This document shows, piece by piece, positions 7,152 through 13,105 of a DNA stretch of 13,105 nucleotides. The DNA is from Pseudobacteriovorax sp. (lineage in GTDB: Bacteria > Bdellovibrionota_B > Oligoflexia > Oligoflexales > Oligoflexaceae), in contig JBNKNM010000158.1 of NCBI GenBank assembly GCA_050293845.1, positions 1 through 13,105 of the forward strand, in the 5' to 3' direction. A program made the position numbers and the translations under genes. Every line of letters starts with the position of its first letter. Within the stretch, counting starts at the first letter, position 1. The notes beneath the pieces were generated by a model, which was given only the letters and a program-made list of their open reading frames with translations, was not told where the DNA came from and did not search any database.

Positions 7152-8016
7152 AATGTTCCTCCTTAAAGTTAGAAAGAATGAGCGATAGTTTCACTCTTAT
7201 GTCAGAATGATCGTCAATACTCATCCATAAATGAAATATATTGTGTCTATTCTTGAATAGACAAAATCTATCGTAAAGCCATTTGATTCGGAAATTCATA
7301 CAAACAGCCCTCATTCCAGCACTGATCAAAGGCTATGAAAGAGCTATCTACTAAGGAAGTTTCACAATCTGTAGAAAGAGTGTAGTATAAACTAGTAAAG
7401 GAATGTATTAAAGAAATTTAGTAGTAAAACTTATTACGTCTACTATCTTTGATAGGTGACTTCTCATCCCATTAAAAATCTTTACAAGATTGTTGATTAC
7501 ACCTATTATTTATTCACTATCAGGAAAATTCCTTTCTACACAAAAAACTCTCATACTATGAGGCTGTCTCATCAGCTGGAGAAGAAACCTATACTAAGGT
7601 ACAAGAAGAAAATTACTGTCAGAACCCTTATAGACTTCTAAACTCTATTTAACCTATCCATCCAACTAAACATGCTTCAATCCATCGGTAGTTGTAAAAA
7701 ATTCCGACTTGATCACTGAACATCTTTTACTCTGGTTTAAGTCATTTCCAAAAAATAGCATAACAAAACCTAACTTCAGTGTACCTTAGTACCATCTGAA
7801 TTCACATCTCTATAAACTATGACCACACCTCGCCCTTTCTTTAAGTTATCTATAGTTTCTAAGGCTTGAGCAATGTCCTTGTGTTGTAATGAAATGGTCG
7901 ACACTTCGATATGTCGTTATACTAAAATTATATTTGGGGAATAGATTTGAAAAGGTTTAAGCCTCTAAAAATAGGCTTCCTACGTGTTTGTTCAGGAATC
8001 TGGCTCACAACTCGTG

Positions 8017-8062
8017 ATGCGAAACATCCACTGTTAACGCGCAATCAGTAGATGTTCCGCAT
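8017..8062 (-). terminator. 17-bp stem-loop immediately downstream of the TBDR stop
   Basis: Minus strand ATGCGGAACATCTACTG-(12 nt)-CAGTGGATGTTTCGCAT. The two non-Watson-Crick positions are G-U pairs only on the minus (mRNA) strand. No U-tract follows. Confidence 0.65.
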
Positions 8063-8067
8063 GCAAC

Positions 8068-10593
8068 CTAGAATGTTTGATTCATCTGAACATATAGTGT
8101 CCGACCGTTTGCTGAGTAGAGCTCATCAACTCTCGTATCATCACCACCGCGCTCAGTACTATCTACTGGGAAGTCAGTATTTAGTACGTTGATAGCACCG
8201 AGAGTGATGGAACCATTCCAAGGATGTCTCCATGTATACTGGGTATCAAAAGTAGAGAATTCGCCGATTCTTTCGTCTCTTTGAGCCGTTTTTGTTCCAG
8301 CAATTCTATTGTTTCTGATTACAAAGATTTGGTTGGAAGCGATATTTAATGCAGCAGAACTAACCATTCTCCATTCTGGACGTCCTCTTTCATCTAGAGT
8401 GTCTGTTAACGTAGCACCCGGAAAGTCCACTTCTCTTGAGAAAAGTTTTTGAGATACATCAGTACCGAATGATAGGCCGTAGGAACCAAGCCTCATGGCG
8501 TAGGCAAGGGAAAGATCGATGCCGGCATCTTCGGATTCACCAAGGTTTAATATGGGAACCTTAATTCTCTCAAGTTGTCCTTCGTCAGTGTTACCAAGTC
8601 TTGTGATTTCCACACCTTCGATTGTTTCACCTGCATACACTGCATCCAGCAACTTCTGGGAATCCATCACTCTTACTATGTTGTCGATCTTAGTGTACCA
8701 GTAGTCCATACCGATGGAGAAACCGTCAATAGGTTCTGAGACGATTCCTAGGTTGTAGGAAAGTGATGTTTCCTCCTTTAAATTCCTATTTCCTTCAGTT
8801 TCGATTTCAACCTCGGTGGTCAGTTGATCACAAGGATCACCACAAGTTTGCTTGTCAGCTAAGTTTTCAAGGCGAACCTGAGTTCCTTGATATAATTTTC
8901 GAAGAGTCGGAGCTTTGAAGCCAGTAGCAACATTACCACGCACCAAGAACCGATCGACTGGTCTATAAAGAAATCCAAATTTAGGATTGGTAGTTTGACC
9001 GAAATCACTATAGTCATCCATACGAACCGCCATTTGGAATTCTAGGTTATCCAACATGGGAACTCCAAGTTCAGCATAGACAGCATTGACAGAACGATCG
9101 CCGCTATCAGACTTATCTTCTGGCTCACCAAAGGTGTTGAAGTTTTCCGTCTGCTTATCGATGGTTTTCGCATAGGCTTGGTCGATACGATTAGCACCAA
9201 TAACCAATCCCACAGGACCAGCCGGCAGCTCGAAGAGCAATCCAGAAGCATTCAGATCGAAAGTATTCATTTCTGTGTCAGTAACGATAAAAGGCTGGTA
9301 AGCAGTTTCATTAACTACAGCTAAACTAGAATCTGACAGCTCTGTTTCGAAAGGATTAAATTGACCATTTTCGATGGCTCTAACAAGTCCATCCTTTAAG
9401 AAGAATCCAGAAGGACTTATGGAAGTTTTTTTGGAAACTGTTCTGCCTACGGTTCCCTGCCAATCCCATAAGCCAACGCTGCCTTTAAGACCTAAATTTC
9501 CTCCAAATAGAGTATTCTCTTCTTCCCAAGTTCTTAATCCCCATGGGATAGCGCGGTATCGTAACTTGACGTCTCCTTCGATTCCAGAGAGTCCAAGCTG
9601 ATCCTGATTAGCGATGGCTATAGCAGCGGGTATAGTAAACTCGCCAGCATTGGGAGCCATATTCCACTCGTTAACATTCTTAACCGCTCGGATCATTGAA
9701 ACAATACTGACCTTATCATTCAAGGAGTATTCTATGTTACTTAACAAACCTAGTTCGGTTGTTTTTGGAGAGAAAGCCATAGTGTTACCATAATTGTAAC
9801 TACACACCATATTGTCGCCAACCTGGATTTCCTCGGCTGTACAATTCGAGTGTTTTTGTAGGGTGGCTCCAGCCTTATCCTCAACATAGTTAGCAGGATA
9901 AGAGTAGGATGATAAGCCAATCTTAGTCCAGTCCCTGTCTCTATGGAAAACGGCTTCTACCTTTCTATAGTTTAATGACATCATCATGCGCATTTTTTCG
10001 TTATTGAAACCCGCTAAGTAACTAAAGCTACTTTCCTGGCCACCTTCACCATTTGGTTGGCTGGTTCTAATACTAAAAGCAGAACCATCAAAGTTTTTCT
10101 TTGTGATGATGTTGATCACTCCACCGGTGGCATCTGAACCATAAATAGCCGAAGCACTATCCTTAAGGATGTCAATTCTTTCTACTGCCGCGATAGGTAT
10201 CGTAGCTAGGTCAACAACCCCTTCACCTGATTCGTCCGGCACTCTTTGTCCGTCAATAAGTATTAAAGTGTTTTCAGCCCCTAAACCCCTCAGATTAACC
10301 TTGGTTACTGAGACGTTATTTTCATTGACAGTAGCCGTAGAATAAGAACCTTCCGAAGAAACTGCCATATTCTTAATCAACTCTGACACCGTAGACATGC
10401 CGCTGCGCTCGATGGCCTGTTCATCGATCTGGATTACTGAAGAAACGCCTTCCACATCTGTTCTCTTGAGTCGAGAACCTGTGACCTCGATCTTCTCTAC
10501 TGACTCTTGAGCAAGAGCGATACCAGCGACACCAACACTCAGCATAAGGGTCGTAAACCAGACTCTTCTATGATTACCTTGGTAGTACTTCAA
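8068..10593 (-). CDS. TonB-dependent outer-membrane receptor (plug + barrel), substrate unknown
   Basis: Signal peptide ending ALA-Q, TonB-box-like EKIEVTGSR, plug motifs VNLRGLGAENTLILIDGQR and IPIAAVERIDILKDSASAIYGSDATGGVINIITKK. Barrel motifs AVRMDDYSDFG.TTNPK, GFKAPTL, GNRNLKEETS, and C-terminal GRTLYVQMNQTF. SD AGGAG before the TTG start. Confidence 0.95.
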   Translation of the reverse strand: MKYYQGNHRRVWFTTLMLSVGVAGIALAQESVEKIEVTGSRLKRTDVEGVSSVIQIDEQAIERSGMSTVSELIKNMAVSSEGSYSTATVNENNVSVTKVNLRGLGAENTLILIDGQRVPDESGEGVVDLATIPIAAVERIDILKDSASAIYGSDATGGVINIITKKNFDGSAFSIRTSQPNGEGGQESSFSYLAGFNNEKMRMMMSLNYRKVEAVFHRDRDWTKIGLSSYSYPANYVEDKAGATLQKHSNCTAEEIQVGDNMVCSYNYGNTMAFSPKTTELGLLSNIEYSLNDKVSIVSMIRAVKNVNEWNMAPNAGEFTIPAAIAIANQDQLGLSGIEGDVKLRYRAIPWGLRTWEEENTLFGGNLGLKGSVGLWDWQGTVGRTVSKKTSISPSGFFLKDGLVRAIENGQFNPFETELSDSSLAVVNETAYQPFIVTDTEMNTFDLNASGLLFELPAGPVGLVIGANRIDQAYAKTIDKQTENFNTFGEPEDKSDSGDRSVNAVYAELGVPMLDNLEFQMAVRMDDYSDFGQTTNPKFGFLYRPVDRFLVRGNVATGFKAPTLRKLYQGTQVRLENLADKQTCGDPCDQLTTEVEIETEGNRNLKEETSLSYNLGIVSEPIDGFSIGMDYWYTKIDNIVRVMDSQKLLDAVYAGETIEGVEITRLGNTDEGQLERIKVPILNLGESEDAGIDLSLAYAMRLGSYGLSFGTDVSQKLFSREVDFPGATLTDTLDERGRPEWRMVSSAALNIASNQIFVIRNNRIAGTKTAQRDERIGEFSTFDTQYTWRHPWNGSITLGAINVLNTDFPVDSTERGGDDTRVDELYSANGRTLYVQMNQTF

Positions 10594-10989
10594 CTTTGTC
10601 TCCTGATAAATTTAGGTTTGCGTCTTTATAGCAATGGATTGCCAAGAGATAAAGGATTCCAGAACAGTTTAATAAAGCTAAACTGATATTTGGATATTAG
10701 TAATGATTTAGAGCTTAAAAATTCAAGATTACCTAGTAAAAATAAGTATGTCATAGTCAGGATCTATTCTTTTGGACCGTTAAGATTCAGAGACGAAAAT
10801 TATTTTTGAACTTCTATTACTTCACTTTCAAGTGGGCCTCCGGTGAATTTAGGCTGGGATTCGAACTTCCTGACTGAGGTTAATGGAATTTAAAGGTTTA
10901 CCTGAGGAGACTCAGAACCAAAAAAAAGTGCGTTATCCTTTTACTCTTGCTGTTAAAATAACAACCCTTCGGTTGATAGAAGGCACGAA

Positions 10990-11280
10990 TTATCCCACTA
11001 GAAAGCCGGAGAGTCCTTGCACTGCAAAACCAGGATTTCCATTTGCTCCGTTGTTTCCCCGGTTGGTGACACTGGAAGGATCAAGGTTCAAAGCCACTTG
11101 CATTTCATTCAGACTCTTAGGTCTGATTCCTTCAACACAGAATTTTTGTATAACGATGTTTGTTTTGTCCTTGTTTCGAGCACAGACGATGGTCATTTGC
11201 ATTTCGCCTTCCTTAAGCCGGGCAGCTTCAATAATTTCTTCGTCAGTGACAGCTTTGATTGAGGTGACTTGATCTTCCAT
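10990..11280 (-). pseudogene. Hypothetical ORF or gene fragment (96 aa)
   Basis: Protein-like composition with a short Gly-X-Y stretch (RGNNGANGNPG). No clear SD, and the downstream sequence looks like degraded coding sequence. Confidence 0.3.
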
Positions 11281-11327
11281 CGAGAGCTGTTATGAAAATA
11301 GATGTACGATTATATGTAGATAAACTT

Positions 11328-11855
11328 TTATATAAGGAAGCCAAATGAAAAACCTAATAAAGCATATGGCCATATATCTGGGGCTTTTGCTTTAAGCTTT
11401 TCATTTTGATCTGGATAGATAGGGTCGTTATCATGAACTCGTACAGATTGCTTTTTTGATAATCCTTGAAATATTCCTCTAATGGCTCAATTCAATATCA
11501 AACGCCCATTTTGAAATTGTAGACCTATCCCTAAGTTATAACCTGCTCCTGAATATGACATAGCCACCTTGCTATAACCTTGATCACCTTTAGAAATTTC
11601 ATTTTCATCTTGCAGTAAATAACCAATGTTCGAATCCACATAGAATTTACCACTAAAAGGAAATACTCTCACCCCGATGCCAGTATAATGTAATGACCGT
11701 TCAACTTGACTACCTGAGGAAGGAAAGGAAGTGACCAAAGAAAATCGAGGATGAATAAATGAATCAGATGATATTTCGTAGCCAAGCTCTGCTACTGCCC
11801 ATCCGTCAATGATTGCAGGAAGTGTTTTAATACCAAATTCTACTATTGAATTTCG
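11328..11855 (-). pseudogene. Outer-membrane beta-barrel protein remnant with an internal TGA and no 5' end
   Basis: One frame is open from 11855 (RNSIVEFGIKTLPAIIDGWAVAELGYEIS...TGIGVRVFPFSGKFYVDSNIGY...GYNLGIGLQFQNGRLILN), hits TGA at 11489-11487, then continues AIRGIFQGL...PDIWPYALLGFSFGFLI to TAA at 11330-11328. Alternating beta-strand pattern and an OMP-like last strand. Confidence 0.65.
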
Positions 11856-11982
11856 TTAGTCTGAGAATTAGCGTTTTCAACGAGTTTTAAATAACTTCTG
11901 ATTAGTGTCGTAATTTAGCACGATGCGCTGCATTCGATGGTGCTGTTATGATGGCCTAGGACATTTTCAAAAGGCTGATCCT

Positions 11983-12175
11983 ATGGCTAATGATTTCCTA
12001 AAGATATTTTGGGATGGTTGGGAAAACTTTATCGATAGTTCCTTCCTACGACAAGGCTCACTACAATAAGCAGGTTCAAGCTGTCCTTCGTTGCAGCGAT
12101 CCTGTATTTGGTTTCTCGCAATATTTCTGCCTTAATTGCGGCAAAGATAGTCGTATCGTCGCTCACTCCTTCAAG
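11983..12175 (+). pseudogene. IS91/IS801-family transposase N-terminal zinc-binding fragment, frameshifted and truncated
   Basis: ATG at 11983 gives MANDFLKIFWDGWENFID; after a frameshift, PSYDKAHYNKQVQAVLRCSDPVFGFSQYFCLNCGKDSRIVAHSFK. This matches the IS91 pattern C.D...GF....C..CG.....VA.SCK, with the last Cys replaced by Phe. Similarity ends there. Confidence 0.75.
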
Positions 12176-12422
12176 ATCACTGCGATAATATCCCCTAGCA
12201 CTGTAGTATGCTTCACTGTTTCTGATATGACTATTTCGTCAAGGAAATTCACCATGACTACTTTTGGCTGACCCTTTCAGTTTAAGTAGTTGGTAACCAA
12301 GCCCAATCCACTCTAGGTCTAAGATAAAATATCAACTTTAGAAAAAATTATTGCTATCCAGAGGCTCAAATTCAACAATTAGTGCTCGATCTTCAGAGCC
12401 AGGTAGTAATTTTGGTTTTCAA

Positions 12423-12755
12423 GACAATGCCTACCATTGGTTTGTAATGTACAATACAGAAGGGCAGAGAGATATGAGTAGATGGAGTGTCGGAGAACAT
12501 ACAGTTAGAGGGCATAACCAGGATCGTAAGGAACTCGAGTGGTGGATTAAAACGAACTGATGTGTGGTCTATGTGAACTACTCAGCCCTAAAGAACCGAG
12601 ATTGCGCGAGAATTTTGTTCAAGGAGCGAAAGACCTACTTTGGGAGCATGCAACTTCGCGGATACTAACAAAGTCATTTTGACTTCTACATCATCGCGAA
12701 ACAATGGCAGATTAGCCGATGCTTGGAGGAGTTTCAATATGTTTCGCAGCCGTGA
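12423..12755 (+). pseudogene. Possible degraded coding fragment of unknown family
   Basis: The frame of ORF 12351-12560 continues through isolated stops with protein-like, Trp/Tyr-rich text (DNAYHWFVMYNT...ELEWWIKTN*CVVYVNYS...). No start or SD seen. Confidence 0.25.
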
Positions 12756-12994
12756 TTAATGTTACTAATGGCCTAGACTCGCCATATAGCTATTTTTGGG
12801 AACTGATCGATATAGACTGATTTTTCGGATAGTATGCCAAAGATGTTTTCATGCTTAAACCCGCTAGCTTCATGAATTTGATAACTAGTTCATGCTGAAA
12901 AACCTCAATATTCTATAAAAATAGATGTTTCATGAACTTTTTATCACATGTATTCTACCAAAATTGATAGCTATGAGAAGGAAAGCTGGTAGAA

Positions 12995-13105
12995 ATGTCA
13001 AAGCCTAGGCAAACCATATCACGTCAATCTGAACTATTCCGGAGACCATTAGAAAAGATCATAAACCCTAAGCATGAATTGGTGTTGCTGGGTGATAAGT
13101 TCGAT
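12995..13105 (+). CDS. IS5-family transposase, N-terminal 37 aa; runs off the right window edge
   Basis: Not in the ORF track. MSKPRQTISRQSELFRRPLEKIINPKHELVLLGDKFD matches the IS5-family start pattern Q..LFR..L..II...H.LV.L...IDW. Confidence 0.8.
   Translation, partial: MSKPRQTISRQSELFRRPLEKIINPKHELVLLGDKFD

Noticed and set aside
7117..7641. ORFs 7117-7329 (-) and 7456-7641 (+)
   Set aside because: AT-rich intergenic sequence, non-ATG starts, no SD and atypical composition.
8519..9601. Short ORFs inside the TBDR
   Set aside because: Shadow ORFs.
10630..10644. Sigma-54-like promoter upstream of the TBDR (minus strand TGGCAATCCATTGCT)
   Set aside because: GG-to-GC spacing is 9 nt, not the essentially invariant 10. 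It is also explained as a short GCAAT-GG-ATTGC palindrome.
10850..10875. tRNA T-loop-like GTTCGAATCCC on the minus strand
   Set aside because: The T-stem does not pair and no cloverleaf or acceptor stem can be built.
13000..13030. GGCAAACC, resembling a c-di-GMP-I riboswitch start
   Set aside because: No GAAA tetraloop or GACGCAAA continuation, and it lies inside the IS5 transposase coding sequence.
1..13105. CRISPR array, rRNA, integron attC array, or a composite transposon bounded by the edge ISs
   Set aside because: No regular repeat-spacer units, rRNA-like sequence or attC cores were seen. The two edge ISs are different families and cannot form a composite transposon.

Overview
Bacterial (Gram-negative-type) accessory region that looks AT-rich and partly decayed. 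Partial transposases read outward from both edges: a single-ORF IS66-type element on the left (its left end GTAACTTCTC... is visible at 706) and an IS5-family N-terminus on the right. An IS91-type remnant lies near 12 kb. There are three intact large genes: a short single-POTRA Omp85/BamA-TamA family protein (-), a lipoprotein GH6 cellobiohydrolase-type cellulase with an FN3 domain and an unassigned Cys/aromatic C-terminal module (+), and a TonB-dependent receptor (-). The GH6 gene sits in a GC-rich block (about 3.45-5.8 kb; one sampled 60-nt line 58% GC, versus 30% and 42% in sampled flank and TBDR lines). That block carries three copies of a 14-bp LacI-type operator-like motif and structured UTRs, which suggests a recently acquired cellulase cassette. 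The rest is mostly frameshifted or nonsense-interrupted gene remnants. All family assignments come from motif recognition by eye; no searches were run.
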